Shown: positions 1 through 10,478, numbered from the whole stretch's first letter. The stretch is 62,254 bases of DNA, filler included, from Bacteriovoracaceae bacterium (GCA_018649885.1; 4 parts of 4 records of this genome joined end to end with filler, not necessarily neighbours in it), one strand, 5' to 3'. The notes: generated by a model from the letters alone, not told the origin. Numbers and translations: made by a program.

Positions 1-141
1 ACTCAGAAGGAAGAGGGTCAAACAAAATGGCCCGCAGCTAGTAAAAATAGAGTTGAAATGTCGCAGGAAATTTCAACCAATTGACACTGAAATTTTATTT
101 TGACTGAGGGCGTTTTGTAAACGCAAGTCGTGACTACTGCA
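1..141 (+). mobile_element. Right end of a probable IS481-like insertion sequence (putative transposase C-terminus to TGA at 101-103; terminal repeat 116-141)
   Basis: + frame reads ...LRRKRVKQ...DTEILF*, followed by TGTAAACGCAAGTCGTGACTACTGCA, which resembles IS481-type ends (TGT...CAAGTCGTGACTA..CA). The adjacent coiled-coil gene loses its repeat pattern here. A related motif occurs at 20248-20278. Confidence 0.5.
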
Positions 142-1539
142 CTTTAGCTGACCCTTTGCATTTTCTAGGTCACCTTGTGATTTACTTAACTTTCCTTCAA
201 GGCCCTTAATTTTTCCTTTTGCCTTACCAATTCCAGATTTTAATCCGGCCTTTGATTTTTCAAGGCCTCCAATCTGGTCTTTTAATCCTTTAATTTTACC
301 CTTTGCATTTTTTAAACTGCCACTAGCTTTAGCATATTTCCCGCTCATACTCTCTAGTTCCGCCTCAGATTTACTTATTCTTCCTTCAAGATCACTTTTT
401 TCTATCTGAAGACCAGAAGCTTTCTCCTTCGAAGAATTCAATTCACCTTCTAAGCTTTGAACCTTTGAGTTCAATTGGTTTACTTGAGATAGGAGTTTAC
501 TATTGCTCTTGCCTTTTTGATCAACTTTTTTTGAAAGTCCGCTAATTTGTAGCTCCTTACTCTCAATTGATTTTTCAAGAGATTGACTTTTCTTATTGAG
601 GTTCTTATTTTGTTTTTTAGCCTCAGCCAGTTGACCATTAAGATCTTTAACTTTTTCCTGATTTTCAGATAAGCTCTTATGAGACTTTTCAACTTTTCTT
701 TCAAGATGATTTAGCTGAGTTTCATCTTCTATTTTGGTGTTTTCAAGAGAGGTTAGTTTTGATTTCATTTGTTCAATTTCAGATTTTTTAACACTGCTAT
801 CTTGCTGAGATTTTGAAAGCTTAGCTTGAAGTTTGGATTTTTTACTTTCAAGTGAGTTGATTGCCTGAGACAAACTCTCTATCTCTAAATCACTTTCTTT
901 TGTATCCTGCTTATTTTCTCTTTTTTGAGTCTCAACAGTCTCCTCAAGTGCTAGTACTTTTCTTCTTAAAACTGATTGCTTCTTTAGATTTTCGAGCTGT
1001 TCATTTTGCAGTTTCACTACTTTTACTTTCTTTGATTTTACTTGTTTAACTAGCTTTTTTATTTGTGATTCAATCTTCACAATTTTTTTGTTTTGACTTG
1101 ATACATGGTTCTCTTTGGCCTGTATCTCATTTTTCATATGAACCATCGCTGATTCTTTACTAGCTTGATCCTTTAACAATTTCTCCATTTGAACTTTGTG
1201 GCCTACCATTTTTTTTGAAAATTCGTTAATTTCAAGAAGCTTCTTTGATATGATTTGATCCATACTTTCAACTTCTTCTATGGATTTGCTGATTTTATTT
1301 TTGGTGCTTTCATTTTCCTCAAAAACTTTCTTGGGCACATTTCCCTTTAGATACTCCTTGTGCTCATTTTTAGTTTTAACAAGTTCAACTACCTTGACAC
1401 CTGTTCTAAGAAGAGCAAAAACAAACATTACTAAAAAGATAACTGACATTGTAGTGAACATATCACTATAGGAAGTCCAAACGGAGCCGCTATCTTGCTC
1501 TTTTTTTCTACTCTTTTTCTTACCTCTGTTCATACCCAT
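73..1539 (-). pseudogene. MotB/OmpA-like N-terminal membrane anchor plus long coiled coil, C-terminally interrupted by the IS end
   Basis: WTSYSDMFTTMSVIFL TM motif followed by about 400 aa of heptad K/E/L/S-rich sequence. The last ~22 aa are read from the IS end and no OmpA-like C-terminal domain is present. Confidence 0.6.
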
Positions 1540-1686
1540 TTACTCCAGGCAAAAGTCGTGTGGGCTTCTCGGATAAAAGGGTGAGTATACTAGGTAGAAA
1601 ATGCTGAAAGATGAGAATACACATGATTCTAGCTAATTGAATGTGAGTCGAAATAAGACCAGAATTCTCTACAAAATTTATGGATA

Positions 1687-2106
1687 CTATTTCAAAGAGC
1701 TACATTTCTCTTTCGTAGACACAATCAAAGCACTAGCTTCTTCTTTACATTGTTTCTTAGCGATTTTGAGCGCCTCTTTACATGCCTCTTTGTAATTGCC
1801 TTTAAGTTTCTTGCAGTCACGTTTAGAGAATTTAAATTCAGATCTACACTCTTTTTTCAGTCTCTTTACGTATTTAAGCTCTTGCTTGCAATCCTTTGGA
1901 TTATCGACTGTAGCGAGACAAGTTCCAAATTCAAATGAACAAGAATCTAGTGCTGAATCAATTGCGGCATCACCAGATAGGTATCCTTTATTTACATCTT
2001 TTTTTACAGACCTATTACACTTTCTTAAGTCTCTATGACATGCTCTCTTTCCTGCATAGAGATTTAATGCAAAAAACATTGATAATACAATCCAGAGAAC
2101 TTTCAT
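1687..2106 (-). CDS. Secreted Cys/Lys-rich cationic protein (paralog of 7372-7752)
   Basis: AGGAG RBS before ATG 2106, signal peptide, ACxxDxRKCNR motif, repeated Cys-x10-Cys spacing. Confidence 0.8.
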   Translation of the reverse strand: MKVLWIVLSMFFALNLYAGKRACHRDLRKCNRSVKKDVNKGYLSGDAAIDSALDSCSFEFGTCLATVDNPKDCKQELKYVKRLKKECRSEFKFSKRDCKKLKGNYKEACKEALKIAKKQCKEEASALIVSTKEKCSSLK

Positions 2107-2175
2107 TGCTACACTCCTAAGTGCCAAATTCATTTTAATTTTTACCAAGATCATTACCCCCAAGTTCTGAATTGA

Positions 2176-2203
2176 TCGTCGGAAACATCAAATACAGACT
2201 TGA
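2176..2203 (-). promoter_or_regulatory. sigma28 (FliA)-like promoter
   Basis: TCAA-N16-TCCGACGA on the minus strand, upstream of the Cys-rich gene. Confidence 0.4.
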
Positions 2204-2346
2204 GTTAGTTAATTTTACCTCATCACGGCCAGTCTCAGTACCAATTTGAGCATACTCGAGAAGTACCTTTAATTTCTGGTACTTACCAACTCAATTTAAT
2301 TTATTTGGCCTCACAAATTATTGGCAGAATAAGGAATTAATACAAT

Positions 2347-5300
2347 TTAAAACGAATGAAAAATACCAACATCTAGACTGAGAATAGTATCTGTCAACTT
2401 GTTGTCACTAGAATCACTTGAAGATTCATAGATCAGGCTTCCCCCTATATTAAGTAAAGTTCTTTCACTCAATGGAAAAAGAGGATAATAGCAAAATTTG
2501 GCCAGCATTCCATCTCCAAACCCAAGTTGGGCAGAGGCAAAGTGGCCAAGTCCAGAACTTTGTCTTAACCAATTTCCGCCCAAGATGCCTTTAATTGAGG
2601 GCTCACTCGACTTTGAGGTTTTTCCAACTTGTGGAATAATATAATCTTCCTTTTGATATCGACCTCCACCAAAGATGCTCGCAATATCAGTATCGATGGT
2701 AAAGACTTTTCCAAAATGTATATCGGCAGTAATTCTTGATATTGAGTTTTTGCTAGAGACCTTTCCGGAGTTAAAATCAAACTCTCCACCTATGGCCCAA
2801 TCTGATGAAACTGCAGCTCTAAATTTGGAATTAAATCCAAATATATGTAGAGCTGTTGATTTTGAATTCACTCCACTTTTTAATTTCAAATTATAATTAA
2901 ATATTCTTGGTGAAAGACTAACATTTATGAAGTTAACGCCAAATTGATCACTAACCGTTGCATTGCTCGCTTCAGACTCTTTATGTGCAAGCTGTTCTTG
3001 CTCTTCCTCACCCTTTTCAGGCTCCTCTACCTCATCTAATTCATTAACAATTGCCTTGGGAGGTTCTACTTTTGGAGTCTCAGCCTTTGGAGGTTCTGGT
3101 TTTACAATTTCAAAAGTTGAAACTTCAGATTCTCTAAGCTGATTTTTTATACTGTAACTAACCTTCCAAAATACCTTTGTATCTCCGAAGGCTTGGTTTT
3201 TAAGAGTTATTTTACTTTTAAAAGTTTGCTTTTCAATAATTATTTCTGAAAAACCATCATCCTTTGCCAGGACCACCTTGTGTCCAACGCCTTTTAAACC
3301 TTTTGTAAAACTAAGCGATATGAACTCTTCACTTAAATTTGAAATCAAGTTTTTTGGATTTAATAACAGGTCATCGTGAGGAATGAGTGAAAAAATAGAG
3401 GTATTACTAAATTCACTTTGCCTTCCCCAATGATCAATAATGGCATACCTTAAATATAATTTAGTAAATGGGGGGTTTTTCCAGTAAAAACGTGGCTTCT
3501 TAAATTTCTTTCGTATAACTAAGTGTTCTAAATTTTCATCTCGAAAGATTTCTATAAGATATTCTTTAGCATTTTCATTTGGAGGTAGTTTAAACCTGGC
3601 AAAGTTTTTTACAATTTTCTCTTCTACACTACTAGGAAATCTTCCTTTTTTTTTCTCTTGAATCATTGTCTTTAGATTCGGATTTGGCCTCACCTCAATT
3701 TCAAACTCAGGATCGATACTTGGAATTTCTAGCACAGGAAGCCTTATCTCAAGTATAAAAGGCTCGGAAAACCTGCCCGGTCGATCAAGATAGCATGGCG
3801 CCACTCTCCAGAAAAATAAGCCTAGTTTTCCTTCACTCCATATTGATTGGTTTTCTTTTAATTTTTTGGCCTTGATAATTTTTTTAAAATCTTCACTTTT
3901 AGAAATCTCTAAAAAGTATTTTATATCGTGCTTGCAATCCCAAATAGTTGACACCGCCCTTTCTGAATCACTCCAAGAATACTGAATTTTAAATTTTGGA
4001 GACTTTGGGTAAATAATTGAGCTATTGGGAGGCCCTAAAAGTTCAATTTCTTTGTTGTTAATATAAAATGTACTATGATCAGATAAAATGGTTTTTCCGT
4101 TGTCTGTAACCAAGCCCACACGCCAATAAAAAAGTCCTGTTCTTGTTGCTGAATATTGAAAACTCTTTTGCGTGGTTTTCTGTGTAAATTCAATGGTTTT
4201 AAACTCAGGGTCTTTTGCAATTTCAATTAAAAACTCTGATCCTACTGGAAAGCTCCAACTCAAGTTAACTTTTCCATCAGGAATATCAACTGGCCGAATT
4301 ACCTGCTCTGCTTTTGGTTCAAGTAATATCGGTGGCTGTTCTACTTTTGCATCTAAAATGAAGAGCTCTATAGAGTCACTCCAATCTAATGAAATTTTTG
4401 TATCACTAGAGTTTCGAACCCTCCACTTATAGTCACCAGGGGCCAAATCGATTAAAAGCTGGTTATTTTCAGTCTTCTTATTAACTACCGATCCATCATC
4501 ACCAGAAATTTCAATCTCGTAATGAGGAACCATTTGATTTTCCCAACTAAATTTAACTGATGCCATACCACTTTCTTTTTTTGCCCTCACCATCTGATTA
4601 AAGGTGGGAGTGTAAAGTGTAGGGGGCATATTTTTTAAAAAGATAAAGCTGCCTACTATTGAGGTAACTTTTTTGGAAGTTCGCTCGTCTACACCTTCTA
4701 TCTTCCAATAATAGTACCCTCCTCGAAGACCATCTACCTGAGCACTATTTTGATCATATAATTTCTTGTGAACGATACTATTAAAATTTGAATCACGTGA
4801 AATAAAAAGATGTTTATGAACAAGATCGCCTGATGCATCCCACCCTAGAGCAAGGCTAAATGGTTCACTATCAACCAGTACGATTCGATCCCTTGTAGGC
4901 GTTAAGAGCCTTATTTCGATGTCTTTTATAATCACTTCCGTGCGGTCTTCGATTGTTTCTATGATTTGGTCTTTTTTTACTTCAATTACTTTCCCGTCTA
5001 GTTCTAAATTGATCCTACCTTGAAGAACTGTAATCTCAGCTTTACCTTCAAATTTATTAATTTGCAGCTCAGTACTTTGTTCAACAATGATTTCTTTGTT
5101 TGCGGATTTTATGGATAGCTTTTTTGATTTACTTGATACTTTAGCGAAAAGGAAACCTTCCATGAGCTCAATGCCAATACCGCTGCTGCCCTCATCTAGC
5201 TTTACTAGTGTATTCGGAGATAGCTTCAAGAGGGCCTTATCTTTAAATTCAACTTCTGCAGTAGATTCATTATGGGTAAAGAGCTCATCGCCTTTAAATA

Positions 5301-5514
5301 AGTCAGACCCAGTACTTACCTCTTCCCAAACAATCTGCCCCACAGTCTTTTTCTTAACCAAGTTTTTCTTGTCTTTTAAATGTGCAAGTTTAATCAACTT
5401 AGTAGAAGTAGTCGTTTTACTTAGGAAGCCAGTATCCATAAATAAGAACACCCCAGCCGCAAGTAGAACAAGACCCGCTAGACCTAATAAAAGTGATTCT
5501 TTTTTTATCAACAC
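2347..5514 (-). CDS. FecR-domain protein with multiple Ig/FN3-like repeats and a probable C-terminal outer-membrane beta-barrel
   Basis: N-terminal TM; FecR motifs (GDELFT, LSPNTLV, VLQGRI); repeated G.Y.WRV beta-sandwich motifs; alternating-aromatic C-terminus ending GIFHSF. Confidence 0.8.
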   Translation of the reverse strand: MLIKKESLLLGLAGLVLLAAGVFLFMDTGFLSKTTTSTKLIKLAHLKDKKNLVKKKTVGQIVWEEVSTGSDLFKGDELFTHNESTAEVEFKDKALLKLSPNTLVKLDEGSSGIGIELMEGFLFAKVSSKSKKLSIKSANKEIIVEQSTELQINKFEGKAEITVLQGRINLELDGKVIEVKKDQIIETIEDRTEVIIKDIEIRLLTPTRDRIVLVDSEPFSLALGWDASGDLVHKHLFISRDSNFNSIVHKKLYDQNSAQVDGLRGGYYYWKIEGVDERTSKKVTSIVGSFIFLKNMPPTLYTPTFNQMVRAKKESGMASVKFSWENQMVPHYEIEISGDDGSVVNKKTENNQLLIDLAPGDYKWRVRNSSDTKISLDWSDSIELFILDAKVEQPPILLEPKAEQVIRPVDIPDGKVNLSWSFPVGSEFLIEIAKDPEFKTIEFTQKTTQKSFQYSATRTGLFYWRVGLVTDNGKTILSDHSTFYINNKEIELLGPPNSSIIYPKSPKFKIQYSWSDSERAVSTIWDCKHDIKYFLEISKSEDFKKIIKAKKLKENQSIWSEGKLGLFFWRVAPCYLDRPGRFSEPFILEIRLPVLEIPSIDPEFEIEVRPNPNLKTMIQEKKKGRFPSSVEEKIVKNFARFKLPPNENAKEYLIEIFRDENLEHLVIRKKFKKPRFYWKNPPFTKLYLRYAIIDHWGRQSEFSNTSIFSLIPHDDLLLNPKNLISNLSEEFISLSFTKGLKGVGHKVVLAKDDGFSEIIIEKQTFKSKITLKNQAFGDTKVFWKVSYSIKNQLRESEVSTFEIVKPEPPKAETPKVEPPKAIVNELDEVEEPEKGEEEQEQLAHKESEASNATVSDQFGVNFINVSLSPRIFNYNLKLKSGVNSKSTALHIFGFNSKFRAAVSSDWAIGGEFDFNSGKVSSKNSISRITADIHFGKVFTIDTDIASIFGGGRYQKEDYIIPQVGKTSKSSEPSIKGILGGNWLRQSSGLGHFASAQLGFGDGMLAKFCYYPLFPLSERTLLNIGGSLIYESSSDSSDNKLTDTILSLDVGIFHSF

Positions 5515-5613
5515 AGATTCCGATAAAGTTTACATTATTTCTTATAACTACCTATTTTAACGCATTTATAAAATTTGTTGAGTAGATAATTTTTCCTGAG
5601 CATTAAAATTGGT

Positions 5614-5640
5614 TAAAGATTTAATACCCATCACCGATAT
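5614..5640 (+). promoter_or_regulatory. sigma28 (FliA)-like promoter
   Basis: TAAA-N15-ACCGATAT upstream of the histidine kinase. Confidence 0.6.
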
Positions 5641-5712
5641 TTTTAGTAGGTTTTATACCAATAGGGATGTGTCGTTATTAAAAAGCTACTCAAGAAAAAA
5701 ATTCATAATGAG

Positions 5713-6552
5713 GTGAGCGATATCCCGAACAAGAGTTCTGAGACAGACCTTCGAATGATTAAGACTCTTAAAGAGGAAAATTCTAAGTTAAGAAACCTTA
5801 TCCTAAAAACACATCGTCTTGCATCTGCAGGTGAGATGGCCACAGGCCTTGTTCATGAGATTAACAATCCAATGCAAATTGTCCATGGCTACTGCCAATA
5901 CCTATTGAGAAAAAGCCATGCAGAAGACCTTCCCCGCGAAGAGCTGAGAGCAAAACTTGACAAAATTGATGAGCAAAGCTTAAGGGTCGCTCAAATCATC
6001 AACAATCTCAAAAGTATGGTAATTGGAGGGGATGAGCAACTTTTAGAAAATAGCTCTCTAAAAGATATATTTGATCGTGTTCTAGGATTTTATTTTGAGA
6101 AAATGAAGTTAATGGGCGTAAAATTTACGATTGAAAACTTATCAGACTCTACTTTTCTTCAATGTAAGCCCGTATTAATAGCTCAGCTCTTTTCTAACCT
6201 TATTAACAACTCATTTGATGCAATAGATAGCTCTGAAGAAAAGTGGGTTAAAGTTCAAATTTCAGAGTGCACGAATGGAGTCACAATAAAATTTATTGAT
6301 AGTGGTAAGGGAATACCAAATGAGATTTTAAAAAATCTCTTTCTATCGTTTAATACTGATAAGCAAGAAAAAGGAAATCTTGGAGTTGGTTTATCCCTAT
6401 CTCAAAAAATTGTAGATGACCACAATGGACGAATCCAATTTCTCGGTAACACCCCCAATACTTGCTTTGAAATCTACCTTCCTAAATATCAATCCATACA
6501 AGAAGAAGAAGAAGAAGAAGAAGAAGAAGAAGAAGAAGAAGAAGCTGTCTAA
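5713..6552 (+). CDS. Sensorless cytoplasmic histidine kinase (HisKA + HATPase_c) with poly-Glu tail
   Basis: H-box GLVHEINNPM, N-box NLINNSFDA, G1 DSGKGI, G2 GNLGVGLS; no TM or sensor domain. Confidence 0.88.
   Translation: MSDIPNKSSETDLRMIKTLKEENSKLRNLILKTHRLASAGEMATGLVHEINNPMQIVHGYCQYLLRKSHAEDLPREELRAKLDKIDEQSLRVAQIINNLKSMVIGGDEQLLENSSLKDIFDRVLGFYFEKMKLMGVKFTIENLSDSTFLQCKPVLIAQLFSNLINNSFDAIDSSEEKWVKVQISECTNGVTIKFIDSGKGIPNEILKNLFLSFNTDKQEKGNLGVGLSLSQKIVDDHNGRIQFLGNTPNTCFEIYLPKYQSIQEEEEEEEEEEEEEEAV
6502..6543 (+). repeat. (GAA)14 trinucleotide microsatellite encoding E14
   Basis: Perfect GAA run near the end of the kinase gene. Confidence 0.95.
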
Positions 6553-6665
6553 ATAAATTCCCCTTATTTGTACAGGTATGTAATGATTTCAATTTCCAAC
6601 CCTGGGAAGTCACAATCAATTAATATATATACATCAAGTTATCAAAAACTAATAAAGGCGTTTTC

Positions 6666-7037
6666 GTGGCCAGTCATTCAATTGAGCTAAATAATGAGAT
6701 TCAAATTCAAATGGACTTCCACGCCCAATCTATTACCATCTTAAATAAAAAGCTTGGTATTTGGTTTCCAAGAAAAAAAGCTTCGGCTTCTGATAACTAT
6801 AGAACGATTAGACTTTTTTCAAACCCTTCATCACAAAGTGATTGCTACTCTCTATACCTAGAAGGGGATGAAAGTATTCTTATAACAAAGGGAAATGACC
6901 CTTTCATGCTCAAAAGTGTCGCCTTCCAAATTTCAAAAGTCTTAGAGGTTAAATTTATAGACGATATCTTTGTAGAAGAAGATTACGACTTTAGCTTTGA
7001 GCTAGACAATATTATTCCATTCCCAACTATTGCCTGA
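6666..7037 (+). CDS. Hypothetical protein
   Basis: 123-aa ORF with GTG start and acidic tail ending NIIPFP. Confidence 0.55.
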   Translation: MASHSIELNNEIQIQMDFHAQSITILNKKLGIWFPRKKASASDNYRTIRLFSNPSSQSDCYSLYLEGDESILITKGNDPFMLKSVAFQISKVLEVKFIDDIFVEEDYDFSFELDNIIPFPTIA

Positions 7038-7287
7038 AAAAAGCTTTATATCTTCTCCTTATAAAGAAACACTCCTTCATAGCGACAATCCTTTCTAAAC
7101 AAATTTTTCTAAAATCTAAATAATTTTCATTGAAACTATACTTGGAAAATCACTGTCTTGTGCAATTTGCCAACATTTATTGCATGTAAATAAAAATAGC
7201 ATAATTTTCAAGTGCCTAATTTTAAAAAGGAAAGTTTCGGAGCACTGATATTTTTTGCCCTGAAGCGTTTGTAGATTACAATTTTTC

Positions 7288-7314
7288 TCAGGATCGAGGC
7301 GGAGATGCCGAATA
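7288..7314 (+). promoter_or_regulatory. sigma28 (FliA)-like promoter
   Basis: TCAG-N15-GCCGAATA upstream of 7372. Confidence 0.6.
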
Positions 7315-7371
7315 GGGATCAATACCAAGAAGGATAAAATAATCATCTGGTTTAATAAAGGAGAGGAAATT

Positions 7372-7752
7372 ATGAAATTACTAGTTTTAACAATTTTAGC
7401 AGGACTTTTATCATTTAGCGCTTTCGCAGACTGTACTGACGACTGGTCAGGATGTGTTGAAGGAATCTCAGATCCATCAAATGCAGGTCATGCTAAAAAA
7501 GCAATGAAGGCTTGTGACAAAGATTTCAGAAAGTGTAACAGAAAAGATAAGAGAGATTGTAAAAAGCAGGCTAAAAAGAAAAAGAAAGCTTCTAAGAAAG
7601 TTTGTAAAAGCGCTTTCAGAACAAGTGAATGTCCAATCAAAGGTAAAGAGAAAAGACAGTGTAAGAAAAGTGCAAGACAGCTTAAAAAAGATTGTAAAAA
7701 AGGTGCAAAATCAGCATACAAAGAAGACAAGAAAGAATGTAAAAACCTTTAA
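7372..7752 (+). CDS. Secreted Cys/Lys-rich cationic protein
   Basis: AAAGGAGAGG RBS, signal peptide ending AFA, ACDKDFRKCNR motif, very Lys-rich Cys-x10-Cys repeats. Confidence 0.85.
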   Translation: MKLLVLTILAGLLSFSAFADCTDDWSGCVEGISDPSNAGHAKKAMKACDKDFRKCNRKDKRDCKKQAKKKKKASKKVCKSAFRTSECPIKGKEKRQCKKSARQLKKDCKKGAKSAYKEDKKECKNL

Positions 7753-7777
7753 GATAAATTCTTAAAATAATAAAATT

Positions 7778-7808
7778 GAGGGTCTGGTTCTATCCAGGCC
7801 CTTTTTTT
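7778..7808 (+). terminator. Rho-independent terminator
   Basis: AGGGTCTGG/CCAGGCCCT stem followed by a T run. Confidence 0.8.
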
Positions 7809-8116
7809 CATCCTCAATACCATCCATGAAATAGACCTTGCACAATATTCCCCCTGATCTACCTCCTTTTGGGCCAAGCTCTTCAGGATACTGAAGGATT
7901 AATTGATAGCATCCTCGAGCTTAGCAGTGCCTATAAGGCTTCTAAAGCTATCTTTTTACAATACAAAAGGGAATGTTCTTAAAAGAGTATCCTCGAAACT
8001 TATGGGGATAAGTTTTTACTTTAAACCCTACAAAGCTTGGCCAATAAAACAATTTATATTTAGAACTTTGCCTTAGTCAGGACAGAAGTAAGAGCTGCGA
8101 ATGAAATTAGAAACTA

Positions 8117-8440
8117 TTAAGCAGATTGCTCACCATCTGTATCTAGTACATCACCGAGTGAAGGAAAAGACGCAGACGTTGTGTAGTACTTATCAATGTT
8201 AAGGAGGTACTCACTTTGATACTTTCTGATAAATTCATGAAACTCTGGAAATGTATCTTCACTTAAATGAGATGTGAGAAGACGATTGATTTCAAGTGCA
8301 CAGGTAATAGGATCATGGCCACTCTCTGCCTCTATCCTATGAATTTCATTTTGAAGAACTTTTAGATGCGGGTAGCGCTCAAGAAATTGCATTCTCTCTT
8401 TGACAAGTTCTGCTAATATCTCATTATTACTCTTAGCCAT
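8117..8440 (-). CDS. Hypothetical protein
   Basis: GGGAG RBS before ATG 8440; helical 107-aa ORF. Confidence 0.55.
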   Translation of the reverse strand: MAKSNNEILAELVKERMQFLERYPHLKVLQNEIHRIEAESGHDPITCALEINRLLTSHLSEDTFPEFHEFIRKYQSEYLLNIDKYYTTSASFPSLGDVLDTDGEQSA

Positions 8441-8576
8441 GGCACATCTCCCAGTTCTAATTCTAATACCTAGGACAAAATGTCTACTACTAAAAAATAA
8501 CACCTTCTATCAGCAGCCGTAACTGATCAATATAAGGTTTATATGGTGATAATTATCAATAGTTATCACACTATAG

Positions 8577-9338
8577 CTAGCCAAAAAAATTGGGCATTTT
8601 AGGTGAAGAGTTAAAGATTCGGAGAACTGTGCGAAATATGGACCTAGGTAGGTATTTCATGAAATACACCACTATCAACATTAGTGTAGGAAAGACGTAG
8701 AGCTCTTTTTTCGCCTCGACGGCCTTCATAATTTTTTCGGCGGCAATGTCTGCATCAACCAAGAAAGGCATGGGATGATTGTTCTTATCTGTAAGAGGCG
8801 TTTTGATAAAACCAGGACAAATACATGTAGTTGTAATGCCGTATCTTTTTAAATCAATAGCAAAAGACTCACAAAGCGTTGTTACAAAACTTTTTGAAGC
8901 ACAGTAAACTGAAGTATGAGGTAGCCCGTTGAAACCAGCAACACTTGATATGGCCACTAATTGTCCGCTTCTTTTTTCTACCATTTGAGGTATTGCTGCT
9001 TCAAATGTATTAAGCACTCCAAAGACATTAATTTTCACAAGTTTTTGGGCGCAATCAAAATCTGGGATATCACTTTTTTGATCCATTGAAATGCCAGCGT
9101 TAGCAATCACTAAATCGATTCCATCGGCTCCAGCAAAATCTGTGATCGCGCCATTAATGGCCGAACGATCTGAAACATCAACACGGTAAAATTTTATATC
9201 ACTATTTTTATCTTTGAAATTTTCAATAAAATTACTCTCTGATCGACCGCAAACTGCGACCTTCGCTCCTAGGGCCTGATACCCTAGGGCCATATACTTT
9301 CCAATTCCAGTAGTTCCACCTGTAATAAATACTTTCAC
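8577..9338 (-). CDS. Short-chain dehydrogenase/reductase (SDR)
   Basis: TGGTTGIG, NAG and YCASK motifs; GTG start 9338 after AGGAAG. Confidence 0.92.
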   Translation of the reverse strand: MKVFITGGTTGIGKYMALGYQALGAKVAVCGRSESNFIENFKDKNSDIKFYRVDVSDRSAINGAITDFAGADGIDLVIANAGISMDQKSDIPDFDCAQKLVKINVFGVLNTFEAAIPQMVEKRSGQLVAISSVAGFNGLPHTSVYCASKSFVTTLCESFAIDLKRYGITTTCICPGFIKTPLTDKNNHPMPFLVDADIAAEKIMKAVEAKKELYVFPTLMLIVVYFMKYLPRSIFRTVLRIFNSSPKMPNFFG

Positions 9339-9348
9339 CTTAAACTTC

Positions 9349-10398
9349 CTACCTTTTGAAATATTTTGCAATTTTCTCTTTCCACAGACCACGCGCGAGT
9401 AAAATGAGAAAAACCGCTGTCGCCACTTCTCTAAAAAGTGATCGATCATCTGCGTGGACATGGGTGCCTAATTTTATCTGGACCTCTGTTCCTGTATATG
9501 AATAATAGAAATCAACTAGGAAAGAAAAGACAACTGCCACAAACACAATAGAAAAAACATTTAACATCACGCCTCTTTTTCCAATATATTTTTGGATGAT
9601 AGCCAGGTTTGAGACATTAGTAGCTGGACCAACAAGAAGTAGAATGAGAGCGTTCCCTGGAGACATCCCTTTTAGGATTAATGAAGCCGCAATAGGTGTT
9701 GAAGCAGAGGCACAAATATAAAAAGGTACACCAATTAGTAGTACTACGGCCTTGCCTCCCCAGATACCTAGGGTTCCAAAGGCATCCTCTGGTACAACCG
9801 TATTTATAATCGCTCCAGCAATAAGTCCAAAGGCCAACCAAAAAGACATATCCTGTACTAAATCTAAATAACCATATTTTATCCCGTTCAGTATTTTTTT
9901 TGGCCAAGTTTGTCCCGCTGTCTCGGCCATCTTTTTCTTTTTGCAACATCCACCACTGCTTTTGACATCCTCGGGAGCCACTTCAAAATCGTTAAAGCTA
10001 TTTTGGAGAAGACCTGAAAATGTTGCAGAAACAAAAGCGGCAACTGGACGCAAGATAGTCATGGGTAGATCCATCAATGCATAAGTAAGAGAAATGGAAT
10101 CAACCCCAGACTCGGGAGTTGCAATTAAAAATGCGGATGTGGCTCCATTACTTGCGCCCGATTTCTTTATTGTCACGGCCGTTGGAATCACAGAGCAAGA
10201 ACAAAGCGGAAGTGGAACTCCTACAAGTGCAGCCTTAATAACAGTTTTTACATTTCCGCCACCCAATAAATTTTTAATGGATTCTGGCTTTAGAAAGATA
10301 TGAATAATACCCGCAATTCCAAAGCCAAAGAGCAGATAGGGCGCCGACTCTAGTAAGTAGGCCCAAAGTTGGTAGAAAAAAACTTGAATCAATTCCAT
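9349..10398 (-). CDS. DUF318 / SO_0444-family permease (putative Cu/Zn or metalloid efflux)
   Basis: GVPLPLCSCSVIP, ATPESGVDSI, YICASASTP and GPATN motifs. Confidence 0.88.
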   Translation of the reverse strand: MELIQVFFYQLWAYLLESAPYLLFGFGIAGIIHIFLKPESIKNLLGGGNVKTVIKAALVGVPLPLCSCSVIPTAVTIKKSGASNGATSAFLIATPESGVDSISLTYALMDLPMTILRPVAAFVSATFSGLLQNSFNDFEVAPEDVKSSGGCCKKKKMAETAGQTWPKKILNGIKYGYLDLVQDMSFWLAFGLIAGAIINTVVPEDAFGTLGIWGGKAVVLLIGVPFYICASASTPIAASLILKGMSPGNALILLLVGPATNVSNLAIIQKYIGKRGVMLNVFSIVFVAVVFSFLVDFYYSYTGTEVQIKLGTHVHADDRSLFREVATAVFLILLARGLWKEKIAKYFKR

Positions 10399-10478
10399 TA
10401 ATTATTACCTAGATTATGATTTCATAAGGATTACAGCAGCTGTATAATCGAGCTCATCATACAAAATAAGGTGGGTTA

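Noticed and set aside
73..1539. Zorya ZorB defence gene
   Set aside because: The W-x-S-Y-S-D motif is shared, but no ZorA/C/D/E neighbours are present and the long coiled coil fits a different MotB-like family.
5087..5560. 157-aa + strand ORF and the many other short overlapping ORFs in the track
   Set aside because: Antisense or alternate-frame shadows of well-supported genes.
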